Shown: positions 29,846 through 39,362, counted from the first letter of the stretch. The stretch is 64,000 bases of DNA from Methylobacter sp. (GCA_030679035.1 JAUXTH010000002.1:56132-120131); one strand, 5' to 3'. Translations and numbers: made by a program. Notes: generated by a model from the sequence alone, not told the origin.

Positions 29846-30903
29846 TGAATCGCTCAGTATTAACTATCAATAGCGGCTCGTCGTCGATCAAGGCGAGCCT
29901 GTTTTCCGCTAACAGTGCGCGGCGCAATTTCCGCTATGAGCATGTGCGCGATCAAAGGGAAGCGTTCGATCAGCTCCTGCACGATTTGGCGGGCGACATA
30001 CCGGACCTAGTTGGGCATCGTTTTGTCCATGGCGGCGATATTACTGACTCGGCAAGGCGGGTCGATGCCGTCGAGCGTTCTCGGCTGGAAGAACTGATCC
30101 ATCTTGCCCCGCTGCATTTGCCGGGCAATTTGCTCGGACTGGATTTGTGTCTACAACGTTTCGATGCGCCGCAGGTCGCCTGCTTCGATACGGCTTTTCA
30201 TGCCACCATGCCCGATCTGGCTAAACGTCTACCGATCCCTGACGAGCTAGGCTTGCGCCGCTTCGGTTTTCATGGACTCAATTATGCCTACATTGCCAAA
30301 ATGCTTACCAGGGTTTTGGATGACGTGGCTTATAAGAAAGTGGTCGTCGCGCACTTGGGCAGCGGCGCCAGCCTTTGCCTGATGGAAAACCTCAAATCCG
30401 TGGACACCACGATGGGTTATACCCCGGCGGGCGGAATCCCGATGGGAACCCGTAGCGGCGACCTTGATCCCGGCGTGATGCTGGAATTGGCGAAACGCTA
30501 CGATCCCGAGAAGTTGAGCGACGTGGTGTTTCACCAGATGGGGCTGATGGCTTTGTCTGCGGGTGAAAGTTCCCAAATGAATGAGCTGCTTTCCAGTAAC
30601 AGTGACAACGCAAAATTCGCTGTCGACTATTTTTGCCGTCAGGTGAGGGCGGCGATAGGTGGTTTTGCAGCCAAAGCGGGCGGTATCGATGCGTTGGTTT
30701 TTACTGGTGGCATTGGTGAACATTCTGCTGAAGTCCGAGAAAAAATCTGCGCACCATTGGATTTTCTGGGATTTGCCTTGGATAAGCCGGCCAACTATTT
30801 AGGCGCTAACGAAATCGGTCTTCCCGGTCGCAAGCCGGTTCTGATTATTCAGGCTGATGAAGAAGTGATGATACGCAACCTTTGCTTAAGTATTTGTTCG
30901 TAA
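29845..30903 (+). CDS. ackA: Acetate kinase (short form, Xfp-coupled)
   Basis: LTINSGSSSIKASLF, HRFVHGG, FDTAFH, GFHGLNY, HLGSGASL, FTGGIGEHS. The ATG at 29845 overlaps the xfp TGA by 1 nt. Confidence 0.8.
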   Translation: MNRSVLTINSGSSSIKASLFSANSARRNFRYEHVRDQREAFDQLLHDLAGDIPDLVGHRFVHGGDITDSARRVDAVERSRLEELIHLAPLHLPGNLLGLDLCLQRFDAPQVACFDTAFHATMPDLAKRLPIPDELGLRRFGFHGLNYAYIAKMLTRVLDDVAYKKVVVAHLGSGASLCLMENLKSVDTTMGYTPAGGIPMGTRSGDLDPGVMLELAKRYDPEKLSDVVFHQMGLMALSAGESSQMNELLSSNSDNAKFAVDYFCRQVRAAIGGFAAKAGGIDALVFTGGIGEHSAEVREKICAPLDFLGFALDKPANYLGANEIGLPGRKPVLIIQADEEVMIRNLCLSICS

Positions 30904-30948
30904 CCTAAAACAATCAATTGAATTTGTTTTTCTGAGCTGCCGTATAGT

Positions 30949-30968
30949 GGGTGACCGGCCGGTCACCC
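30949..30968. terminator. GC-rich perfect palindrome between convergent genes (possible bidirectional terminator)
   Basis: GGGTGACCGGCCGGTCACCC lies between the ackA stop and the stop of the minus-strand gene. There is no clear U-tract. Confidence 0.3.
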
Positions 30969-31007
30969 CTACATAGCAGTCAGGCATTTCAGTTCACAAC
31001 GCTATGG

Positions 31008-31706
31008 TTAACCGATTTTTTTAGGATTAGCAATGTTCTTTTGCTCAAGCAGGGCAACCACCTCTTCACAGTCAATAATGTTTTTATTGCTATTGAGAAT
31101 ATAGTTAGCCAGCTTGGTAATGGCTGCCCAGTTTGCCCGATCATTTATGAAATTAAACGCTACGTCAAACAACTCATCCAGTTTTTTGTCCTGTTGCTGT
31201 TTACAGGTGGAAAAACATTGCAAATATTCATAGGCCAGTTCAAGGTCTGAACTGCCGCCGTAATTTTTCAATGCTTCCAGATCGACTAATTTATGATTAA
31301 ACAGCTCATCATCGGTATGAGCAATGTATTTAGCCTCGGCTAGCGGGCCGATAAGCAGATTAATGATGTCCACTTCAAAGGCGACGATGTGATCCTGTAT
31401 TAAAGGTCCCATTGTATTATTATGGTCTGTGGCATGCGCCAAAGTATCAGCAGAATAGGGTAATGATTTGATTGATCGCCCTCCCTTTACTCTCGCAATA
31501 CAATCAACTTGATAAACCATGATGCTTTCTTCAGACATGCCGTTTAAGTCTTTAAGCATGATTTGAAAAAAAACCGGCGGAAGATTCCTGGCTTTGTTAT
31601 TTAAATAAATAGCCGTCGCATGCCCTGCTTCATGGAAAGCAATACATTGCTTATGTCCTAATAATTTATCCTGGCTGATATTCTTAAATATTTTGTTACG
31701 TTTCAT
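31008..31706 (-). CDS. Hypothetical stand-alone M41(FtsH)-like metalloprotease-domain protein
   Basis: FHEAGHATAIYL (HExxH in FtsH-like context) and a later GPLAEAKY segment. No ATPase or TM domain. Lies in an AT-rich islet. Confidence 0.4.
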   Translation of the reverse strand: MKRNKIFKNISQDKLLGHKQCIAFHEAGHATAIYLNNKARNLPPVFFQIMLKDLNGMSEESIMVYQVDCIARVKGGRSIKSLPYSADTLAHATDHNNTMGPLIQDHIVAFEVDIINLLIGPLAEAKYIAHTDDELFNHKLVDLEALKNYGGSSDLELAYEYLQCFSTCKQQQDKKLDELFDVAFNFINDRANWAAITKLANYILNSNKNIIDCEEVVALLEQKNIANPKKIG

Positions 31707-31782
31707 GTGGATACCATACTATTGAATCAACAAAGATCGGGTGGATCGTCAAGGTATATTGAGATTAGTACCCAGAATAGGG

Positions 31783-31872
31783 TGATTTTATTACATGGAT
31801 ATTTCTTTAAGATGACATGAATATTTCCGCGTATAACCATAGAAAGAGATGAATGATATAGTCTATTGAAAT
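31783..31872 (-). promoter_or_regulatory. Conserved ~90-bp upstream element, copy A
   Basis: Collinear with 44999..45096. The 32-nt core GGATATTTCTTTAAGATGACATGAATATTTCC (31797..31828) matches 45023..45054 at 30/32 positions. Both copies lie 5' of minus-strand genes. Confidence 0.5.
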
Positions 31873-32131
31873 TTATAATATTTCTGCATTATTGACAGAC
31901 AATTCATAGTCCTATGAACTTTCCCGAATTCCATAGGATTGGTGGGGCCGGGCGGACAGTCTTAAAAGCTGAACAGGGAAAAAAGGAAAAACTTAATCAT
32001 GCTGTCATTTAAGGCAATTACCATTGCAGTGGACTGTCACAGTTTACGTTTTTGGAAGGTTCTAAAGAAAGCCGCAATCCGTGCCTGTGTTAAGCATATA
32101 AGTGCAATGTAAAAAACTAACCGGTATAAAA

Positions 32132-32563
32132 ATGACTAAATATATGAAGGATTTTTACAGCTGGGCGCGAGAACAGATCAAGCTATTAAAGAAAGGTCAA
32201 TTTGACAAATTAGACGTACCAAATTTAATCAGGGAGTTAAAAACCAAGGGAAGAAGTGAAGAGCAGGAACTCGAAAGACGATTAACTTTATTGTTAGTTT
32301 ATCTTTTGAAATGGAAGCACCAACCGGCAAAAAGAAAAAAAAGCTGGAAATTGATGATTCAGGAAGAGCGTACAGAATACGGACATGTGTTAAAAGAAAA
32401 CAACGGCCTAAAATCACAATTGGAAAATATTTTAAGCAATGCTTACGATCTAGCTAGAGTAAAGGCGGCAAAAAAAACAGGGTTAAACATCAATACATTT
32501 GAAATAACATGCCCTTGGGGGCTCGATGATATAACAGATGATGATTTTTACCCTAAACAATAG
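32132..32563 (+). CDS. DUF29-family protein
   Basis: DFYSWAREQIKLLKKGQFDKLDVPNLIRELKTKGRSEEQELERRLTLLLVYLLKWKHQP matches the DUF29 consensus as I remember it. ATG at 32132. Confidence 0.7.
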   Translation: MTKYMKDFYSWAREQIKLLKKGQFDKLDVPNLIRELKTKGRSEEQELERRLTLLLVYLLKWKHQPAKRKKSWKLMIQEERTEYGHVLKENNGLKSQLENILSNAYDLARVKAAKKTGLNINTFEITCPWGLDDITDDDFYPKQ

Positions 32564-32658
32564 GCTGTGGCTAATCGAAATTTAAAACTATCAACAGAAC
32601 TGGAACACCATCCATAATACTATCTTGAACATTCCAAAAATCTCTGGATACGTCAATC

Positions 32659-34032
32659 ATGTATAAAACCCACATCGCCCATCAGGCCTACGATTTCAAA
32701 ACCTTGCGCAACCTGATGGCTAAGGCCACACCGGCACGCTCGGGCGATTACCTGGCCGGTGTGGCTGCCGTCGATAATCTTGAGCGGGTCGCCGCCCAGT
32801 GGGTGCTTGCCGATGTGCCGCTAAAACGGTTTCTTAATGAAGCGCTGGTGCCTTATGAACAGGATGAAGTCACCCGTTTGATTATTGACGAGCACGATAG
32901 CGCGGCTTTTGCGGCCATCAGTCATCTGACGGTCGGCGATTTCCGTAACTGGCTGCTGTCCGAGCAGGCGACAACAGCAACGCTAACCGCGATAGCCCCA
33001 GGTGTGATGCCGGAAATGGCGGCCGCTGTGTCCAAAATTATGCGTATCCAGGACTTGATTCTGGTCGCTAAAAAATGCCGTGTTATTACCAGCTTCAGGA
33101 ACACGATTGGCCTGGAAAACCGCTTGTCCACACGGTTGCAACCCAACCATCCTACCGACAATCCGGCCGGTGTTGCCGCCAGCCTGCTGGATGGCTTACT
33201 GTACGGTTGCGGCGATGCGGTTATCGGCATTAACCCGGCTTCAGACAATCTCGAGGCAACTTCGCGCTTGCTGCACATGCTGCACGATGTGATCGAACGC
33301 TATCAAATTCCGACGCAATCCTGTGTGCTGGCGCATGTGACCACAACCTTGAAAGCGATAGAGCAGGGCGCACCTGTCGATTTGGTGTTTCAATCCATAG
33401 CCGGGACTCAAAAAGCCAATGACAGCTTCGGCATCAACCTGGATTTATTACAGGAAGCGCATCTTGCCGCTCTGGAATTGGGGGGTGGAACGTTAGGCGA
33501 TAACTGCATGTATTTTGAAACCGGACAAGGCAGTGCGCTGTCTGCCAATGCTCATCACGGATTGGATCAGCAAACCTGCGAAGCCAGAGCTTATGCGGTC
33601 GCGCGTAAATTTAAACCGTTGCTGGTCAATACCGTGGTCGGTTTTATCGGCCCGGAATATCTTTACGACGGCAAACAGATTATCCGCGCCGGTCTGGAAG
33701 ATCATTTTTGCGGCAAATTACTGGGCTTGCCGATGGGTTGCGATGTCTGTTACACCAACCACGCCGAAGCCGATCAGGATGATATGGACATGCTGCTGAC
33801 CCAATTGGCTGTCGCTGGTGGCACGTTTATTATGGGCGTCCCCGGCGCTGACGACGTGATGCTGAATTATCAATCCACGTCGTTCCATGATGCGCTTTAT
33901 CTGCGCCAAGTGCTGGGATTGCGACCCGCGCCAGAGTTTGAGCTATGGCTGCAACAACACGGTATTTTTAATGCCGACAATCAGTTGCAACATCTGACTG
34001 ATGTGCCGGCGTTGTTTAAACTTTCTTTGTAA
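32659..34032 (+). CDS. eutB: Ethanolamine ammonia-lyase large subunit
   Basis: Collinear with remembered E. coli EutB (RSGD.LAGVAA, CVLAHVTT, YFETGQGSALSA, VNTVVGFIGPEYLYD, IIRAGLEDHF, MLNYQ(S/T)T.FHD). Confidence 0.93.
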   Translation: MYKTHIAHQAYDFKTLRNLMAKATPARSGDYLAGVAAVDNLERVAAQWVLADVPLKRFLNEALVPYEQDEVTRLIIDEHDSAAFAAISHLTVGDFRNWLLSEQATTATLTAIAPGVMPEMAAAVSKIMRIQDLILVAKKCRVITSFRNTIGLENRLSTRLQPNHPTDNPAGVAASLLDGLLYGCGDAVIGINPASDNLEATSRLLHMLHDVIERYQIPTQSCVLAHVTTTLKAIEQGAPVDLVFQSIAGTQKANDSFGINLDLLQEAHLAALELGGGTLGDNCMYFETGQGSALSANAHHGLDQQTCEARAYAVARKFKPLLVNTVVGFIGPEYLYDGKQIIRAGLEDHFCGKLLGLPMGCDVCYTNHAEADQDDMDMLLTQLAVAGGTFIMGVPGADDVMLNYQSTSFHDALYLRQVLGLRPAPEFELWLQQHGIFNADNQLQHLTDVPALFKLSL

Positions 34033-34271
34033 CTATTCAGCCACAGATTGCACAGATGAACACTGATAAACTGAAATATAAAGAATTTACTTATCTGGTT
34101 ATCGTAACTGCTTATGCTTTTTATAATTGGCCAAAGCAAGCTTTGGACTCCAGAATGTGGGCCGTTGGAGTTCAAAGCTAGCTTTGAACGAGCATCAAAT
34201 AGGGTGGGTAGTTACTGGTTATCAAGAGTTTATATCGTATTTACAAATGCAATCTGTAGCTGAATAGTTAC
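34029..34271. mobile_element. 243-bp TIR-bounded element in the eutB-eutC gap, carrying a decayed GxxExxY-like ORF
   Basis: The left TIR is GTAACTATTCAGCCACAGATTG (34029..34050, containing the eutB TAA). The reverse complement of the right TIR (34250..34271) is GTAACTATTCAGCTACAGATTG, a 21/22 match. An internal 41-codon ORF at 34056..34181 (MNTDKLKYKEFTYLVIVTAYAFYN..) resembles the N-terminus of GxxExxY proteins and then degenerates. Confidence 0.6.
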
Positions 34272-34303
34272 ACCTTCTTAACAAACACTGAGCGAATAAG
34301 GTG

Positions 34304-35107
34304 ATGAGCAATATTAATGAACCCACGATTGCCCAAGATCCATGGCACAGCCTGAAACAATTCACTCCGGCGCGTATCGCTTTGGGACGGGCGGGAATAA
34401 GTCTGCCGACACGCGCCTGTCTGGATTTTCAGCTGGCGCATGCGTTGGCCCGCGATGCGGTCAACATCCCGCTGGATTTTGCAGGACTCGAACAACGCTT
34501 GAATGTGCGGGGCTATCAAACGCTGACTTTGCAAACCCAGGCAGAAAATCAGTCGGTGTATTTGCAGCGCCCCGATCTTGGACGCCTACTAAGCGCGTCG
34601 GCTACGGCCTGTTTGCATAACAGCCCAGTAATCCCGACCGACGCGGTTGTCGTTGTTGCCGACGGTTTATCGTCTACAGCCATTGAACATCACGCTGAAC
34701 AGTTCCTGAGTTTATTGCTGCCCGAACTGCAACAAAAGGGCTACAGACTGCCTCCGGTGTGTCTGGTAAAACACGGGCGTGTAGCGATTGGCGATGCTAT
34801 CGCGGAACACTATGCAGCCAGTCTGTGTATAGTATTGATTGGTGAAAGGCCGGGCTTAAGCTCGCCCGACAGTATGGGTATTTACTTCACCTATCAGGCC
34901 AGATCAGGCATAAGCACCGATGCTGACCGCAATTGCATTTCCAATATTCATAACAACGGACTGAGTTATCAGCAGGCGCTAAAGAAATTGTTGTTTTTAA
35001 TTGATGAGGCCGAAAAATTGCAGCTTTCGGGGGTTAATTTGAAAGATGAAACTACAGATACTGAATCGAATAGTCAGTTGGAACAGGCTAATTTTTTACT
35101 GGACTGA
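34304..35107 (+). CDS. eutC: Ethanolamine ammonia-lyase small subunit
   Basis: ARIALGRAG.SLPT, GLSS.A, IGERPGLSSPDS motifs. Follows eutB. Confidence 0.9.
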   Translation: MSNINEPTIAQDPWHSLKQFTPARIALGRAGISLPTRACLDFQLAHALARDAVNIPLDFAGLEQRLNVRGYQTLTLQTQAENQSVYLQRPDLGRLLSASATACLHNSPVIPTDAVVVVADGLSSTAIEHHAEQFLSLLLPELQQKGYRLPPVCLVKHGRVAIGDAIAEHYAASLCIVLIGERPGLSSPDSMGIYFTYQARSGISTDADRNCISNIHNNGLSYQQALKKLLFLIDEAEKLQLSGVNLKDETTDTESNSQLEQANFLLD

Positions 35108-35137
35108 ACTATTACAAGTGAACACAGGGCTAGGTTT

Positions 35138-35452
35138 TCAAATATTTCCCTCAACCCTCCGAATGACTGGTTGTAACAGACGGCTGCCATGAATAACAGC
35201 TACTACCAATGCTCGTTCCGGCTCAATTTGATAAATGACCCGGTAGCTATAAACAAACCGCTCTCGGATGTTTTTACGGCCAATTTCAGGAACCACCCGG
35301 CCCATTTCAGGATTTAACGGTATAGACTCGGCGGTGCTGACAATTTTTGACGCAACAATTTGCGAAAACCACGGAGAGTCACGCTCGATGTAAGTCGCGA
35401 TGGACTCAATATCTTCAATGGCTTCTGGCGACCACTCTAACCAACAAGCCAT
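35138..35452 (-). CDS. RelE/ParE-family type II toxin
   Basis: 104 aa. The ..RERFVYSYRVIYQIEPERALVVAVIHGSR pattern is typical of RelE/ParE. Overlaps the upstream antitoxin gene by 16 nt. Confidence 0.8.
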   Translation of the reverse strand: MACWLEWSPEAIEDIESIATYIERDSPWFSQIVASKIVSTAESIPLNPEMGRVVPEIGRKNIRERFVYSYRVIYQIEPERALVVAVIHGSRLLQPVIRRVEGNI

Positions 35453-35625
35453 TTATTTAAACGCTTTTTAACTTCTTCATGCGGAACCGCGCCTTCAGAC
35501 TCAACCCTTTCAAGACCACGATTAACTTTTTCGAGGACATATAAATGGTACTGAATATCTTCAAAGTTTACGTCATCGGCAAGCGCCTCCAGCATAGATG
35601 CCACTTCCGCTTTAGGACTGCTCAT
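35437..35625 (-). CDS. Cognate antitoxin (small acidic protein)
   Basis: 62 aa, acidic, immediately upstream of and overlapping the toxin. The ATG at 35625 is preceded by GGAGA. Confidence 0.6.
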   Translation of the reverse strand: MSSPKAEVASMLEALADDVNFEDIQYHLYVLEKVNRGLERVESEGAVPHEEVKKRLNKWLVG

Positions 35626-35832
35626 AATGATCTCCATTGGTGATGATTCGTCTAACTACGTTGCCTGATTGTACCCCAATAAAATAATGATTCAAATTTG
35701 AACAGATTCGTCAAAACCGGCTCCCAAACCATATCAACCCAATCACAAGTTATATCGAGTATTTTATAGGGCCAAAGACAGCATATACGCTATCGTAGCA
35801 ATCGAAAGGTACGCATAGCGGACCCTACAAGG

Positions 35833-35967
35833 CTGGCGCTAAAGAAATTGCTGTTTTTAGTCGATGAGGCCGAAAAATTACAGCTTTCGGGTGTTAATTT
35901 GAAAGATCAAACCACTGACACCGAACCGAATGATCGGCTGAAACAGGGTAATTTTTTACTGGATTGA
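35833..35967 (+). pseudogene. Detached duplicate of the last 44 codons of eutC
   Basis: Aligns without gaps to 34973..35107, with about 116 of 135 positions identical by hand count. It keeps the frame and the TGA stop (LALKKLLFLVDEAEKLQLSGVNLKDQTTDTEPNDRLKQGNFLLD*). Confidence 0.85.
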
Positions 35968-36171
35968 CATTTTCTGCGCTAATGTTTTCACAAAACCCGT
36001 AGATAATCTAACAACGCTGAATGACAGTTTATCGCAGTGTGGCGAATCCCCTTATAGCTTTTAGCACAGCAAACCAGATTTTTCGAGATCGTGATGTGAT
36101 ACGTTAGACTTTAAGGTACGCGTAGTGTACCTTATCGGGCTTGTCAATTTACCTCATTGGAGTAACCCCAC

Positions 36172-36789
36172 TTGCCTTTTGACTTAAAAACTGCCATCAC
36201 TTTGGGGACACGGCGTTATTTAGCTCCTACGGTCGTCGTCATCTTGTTGCTTGCGGGTGGCATGAGGTACGTGTTTACCGAGTACAAAATTCTCGCGAAT
36301 GAAAAGGAGCAACTTGCGACAGACCGGAAAGCGCTCTATGACGAACGAGTGCTCTCTGAAAGAACTCGTGCCGATGCATCAGTTGCATTGATTGCGCAAA
36401 AGATCGAAATTGAGAAGCGTGAATTTATCCTGAAACAACTCGAAGGTCAGAACAAAGAACGGCTTGTAGTGCTTCAGCAACGAACAACCGAGTATGAAAC
36501 CGCTTTTGAAAAGTTGCAGCAGGCACAGTCAACCGTTAGCCAAAGTCAGCGACAGAAAGAAGTCGAAGAGACGCTTCAGAAGTTGATGGCGGAATTTTCA
36601 GCAATGGGTGTTGACCTGAACACTCAACTACGATGTGGCGACTCTGAAGGCTTGATGAGGTTTAACTCCGCAAAGGCTAAATTCGCCGAAATTTATACAT
36701 TGGCTGAGGCCAATGGTTTGGTTAAGCGATTCAACCATTTCTTCTTTAAGAACGGTCAGCACCTTATTTTCGTTGAATGTGAAAAATAG
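36172..36789 (+). CDS. Hypothetical membrane-anchored coiled-coil protein
   Basis: TTG start. One TM segment (VVVILLLAGG), then heptad-like charged sequence. No family recognised. Confidence 0.35.
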   Translation: MPFDLKTAITLGTRRYLAPTVVVILLLAGGMRYVFTEYKILANEKEQLATDRKALYDERVLSERTRADASVALIAQKIEIEKREFILKQLEGQNKERLVVLQQRTTEYETAFEKLQQAQSTVSQSQRQKEVEETLQKLMAEFSAMGVDLNTQLRCGDSEGLMRFNSAKAKFAEIYTLAEANGLVKRFNHFFFKNGQHLIFVECEK

Positions 36790-36848
36790 CCAAGGTCGGG
36801 CATAAAAAGCATACCCGACAAGGCTGTGCTGAGTTGTAGTGGTTAAGA

Positions 36849-39362
36849 TTATTTCCCCTTTACCGATGGCTGCGGTTCGAGTTTCCATATATCCCGGTTA
36901 TATTCGCCAATCGTCCTGTCGGTAGAAAACTTGCCGCTGTTCGCACAATTCAAGATGCTCATTTTGGTCCAATGATCGTTATCCCGATAAGCGTCTTCAA
37001 CGCGTTTTTGGGCATCGATAAAACTTCTAAAATCGGCAATCGTCATCCAGGGGTCGTGCGGGCTTTTTATCGAGTTGATCAGGTCGTCGAATATGCCCGG
37101 TTCGAACTGGTTAAAATAGCCGGATTCCAGCAGATGCATGACCTGCTGCAAGTCTTCATCCTGGTCGATCATTTCAAGCGGATCGTAGTGGGCTCGTCTG
37201 GCTTCGATTTGCTCTTCGGTTAAACCGAACAGGAAGAAATTTTCATCGCCCACTTCTTCGCGTATTTCAATGTTCGCGCCATCCAATGTGCCGATGGTGA
37301 TCGCGCCGTTCATCATCAGCTTCATGTTGCCGGTGCCTGAAGCTTCCTTTCCGGCGGTGGAAATTTGTTCGGATAAATCAGCGCCGGGGCAGATTTTTTC
37401 CATCGCTGAAACGCGGTAATCCGGCAAAAACAGCAAGGTCAGTTTATCGCCTACGTCGGGATCCGAATTGATAATCTGGGCGACATTATTGATCAGCTTG
37501 ATGGTTTTTTTCGCCATGCGATAACCGGGAGCCGCTTTGCCGCCGATTAACACGCATCTTGGCACCCGGTCGGCGTCGCCTTTTTTAATGCAGTTATAAA
37601 GATGGATGACATGCAGGACATTGAGTAGTTGGCGCTTGTATTCATGAATGCGCTTAACCTGCACATCGAATATCGCATCGACATTAAAATGCAGTTCCGA
37701 GTCGTGTTTGTGTTTTTTATAGTCGATCAAGCGCTGTTTTGCCGCCTGTTTGATGGCGTGCCAGCGTTGCCGGAATTGCGCGTTGTCGGCGTAGGGCTCC
37801 AGTTTTTTCAGTTGCGATAAATCGGTAACCCATTTGTCGCCGATTGTTTCCGTTATCAGTTTTGCCAGCTCGGGATTGCAGGCGGCCAACCAGCGCCGTG
37901 GCGTCACGCCGTTGGTTTTGTTGTTGAACTTATGCGGCCACAAGGCGTAAAAGTCGCTGAATAAGTCTTGCTGCAATAATTGGGAATGTAACTGGGCAAC
38001 GCCGTTCACGGAAAAGCTGCCGACGATAGCCAGATGGGCCATTCTTACCCGCTGCTGATCGCCTTCTTCAATGATGGACATCCTGCTTAAACGCTCGCTA
38101 TCGGCAGGCCAGCGCATCGCCACTTCAGCCATAAATCGGGCGTTGATTTCAAAAATGATTTCCATCAGTCGAGGCAATAACCGTTGCATCAAGCTGACCG
38201 GCCATTTTTCCAACGCCTCGGGTAACAAGGTGTGGTTGGTATAGGCCATGGTGTTTTTGGTGATCGCCCATGCTTTGTCCCAAGTCAAACCGTGCATGTC
38301 CATCAGCAGGCGCATCAGTTCGGCAATCGCAATGCTCGGGTGGGTGTCGTTTAACTGGAAGCAGCTTTTTTCGGCGAAGCGGCTGAAATCATTGCCATGA
38401 ACACCGCCAACCCAGTGCGCAAGAACATCCTGCAAACTGGCGGAAGCCAGGAAATATTGTTGCCGCAATCTCAGCTCTTTGCCGTTTTCATTGGCGTCAT
38501 TGGGGTACAGCACCATGGTGATGTTTTCGGCCGTATTTTTTGCCGCGACGGCTTCTGCGTAATCGCCGGCATTAAACTCATCCAGGTTGAATTCTTCGGT
38601 AGCCACCGCTTTCCATAGCCTCAAGGAGTTGACGGTTCCGTTTTGATAGCCGGGTATCGGCGTGTCGAAAGGCACTGCCAGTACATGGCTGGTGGACATC
38701 CAGCAATGCCGCTGATTGCCGTTTTCGTCGGTTTGAATTTCGGTATGGCCGCCGAATTTGATGCAATGCGAATATTCCAGCCGTTCGATTTCCCAGACAT
38801 TGCCGTGACGCAGCCAATGGTCGGGTTTTTCGACCTGCTCGCCATTGACGATAGTTTGGGTAAACATGCCGTATTCATAACGCAAACCATAGCCGATAAC
38901 CGGCAGCTGCAAGGTTGCGCAACTGTCTATAAAGCAGGCGGCAAGACGGCCCAGACCGCCGTTGCCCAGCCCCGCATCCTGTTCGCTGCTGATCAGTTCT
39001 TCAATGGCAATGCCGAGATCGTACATGGCCTGGGTCACGGTATCGGTTACGCCCAGGTTAAGCATGGCATTGCTCAAAGTCCGGCCCATCAGGAATTCCA
39101 TGGACAGATAATAGCCCCGTCTGCAATCATTGCTTTTATAGGTTTGGTGGGTGACTTTCCAGCGCTCCATCAAGCGGTCGCGAATCGCCTGTGATAAGGC
39201 TTCCCCTGCATAATAAGGCGAGCGGCAGTTTTCATCCCGGCCCAGCAAATGGACATAATATTGTTTGAAGTCATCAATAAAATCCGTTTTTTTTCGACCC
39301 TGTTCAGGGAGCTTGGTGATTGATGGCTTGGGTTTACTGATTACAAATTTGTTAGTGGGCAT
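36849..39362 (-). CDS. glgP: Glycogen / maltodextrin phosphorylase
   Basis: 837 aa. PLP site EASGTGNMKLMMNGA, plus GLGNGGLGRLAACF and HEYKRQ motifs. Confidence 0.93.
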   Translation of the reverse strand: MPTNKFVISKPKPSITKLPEQGRKKTDFIDDFKQYYVHLLGRDENCRSPYYAGEALSQAIRDRLMERWKVTHQTYKSNDCRRGYYLSMEFLMGRTLSNAMLNLGVTDTVTQAMYDLGIAIEELISSEQDAGLGNGGLGRLAACFIDSCATLQLPVIGYGLRYEYGMFTQTIVNGEQVEKPDHWLRHGNVWEIERLEYSHCIKFGGHTEIQTDENGNQRHCWMSTSHVLAVPFDTPIPGYQNGTVNSLRLWKAVATEEFNLDEFNAGDYAEAVAAKNTAENITMVLYPNDANENGKELRLRQQYFLASASLQDVLAHWVGGVHGNDFSRFAEKSCFQLNDTHPSIAIAELMRLLMDMHGLTWDKAWAITKNTMAYTNHTLLPEALEKWPVSLMQRLLPRLMEIIFEINARFMAEVAMRWPADSERLSRMSIIEEGDQQRVRMAHLAIVGSFSVNGVAQLHSQLLQQDLFSDFYALWPHKFNNKTNGVTPRRWLAACNPELAKLITETIGDKWVTDLSQLKKLEPYADNAQFRQRWHAIKQAAKQRLIDYKKHKHDSELHFNVDAIFDVQVKRIHEYKRQLLNVLHVIHLYNCIKKGDADRVPRCVLIGGKAAPGYRMAKKTIKLINNVAQIINSDPDVGDKLTLLFLPDYRVSAMEKICPGADLSEQISTAGKEASGTGNMKLMMNGAITIGTLDGANIEIREEVGDENFFLFGLTEEQIEARRAHYDPLEMIDQDEDLQQVMHLLESGYFNQFEPGIFDDLINSIKSPHDPWMTIADFRSFIDAQKRVEDAYRDNDHWTKMSILNCANSGKFSTDRTIGEYNRDIWKLEPQPSVKGK

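Noticed and set aside
31845-31862. A second partial similarity to the mini-array spacer (TAGAAAGAGATGAATG vs AAGAAAGAGATAGAAT).
   Set aside because: The alignment needs an indel, is not anchored at the PAM-proximal end, and has no AAG PAM in the right position. It is most likely A/G-rich low-complexity coincidence.
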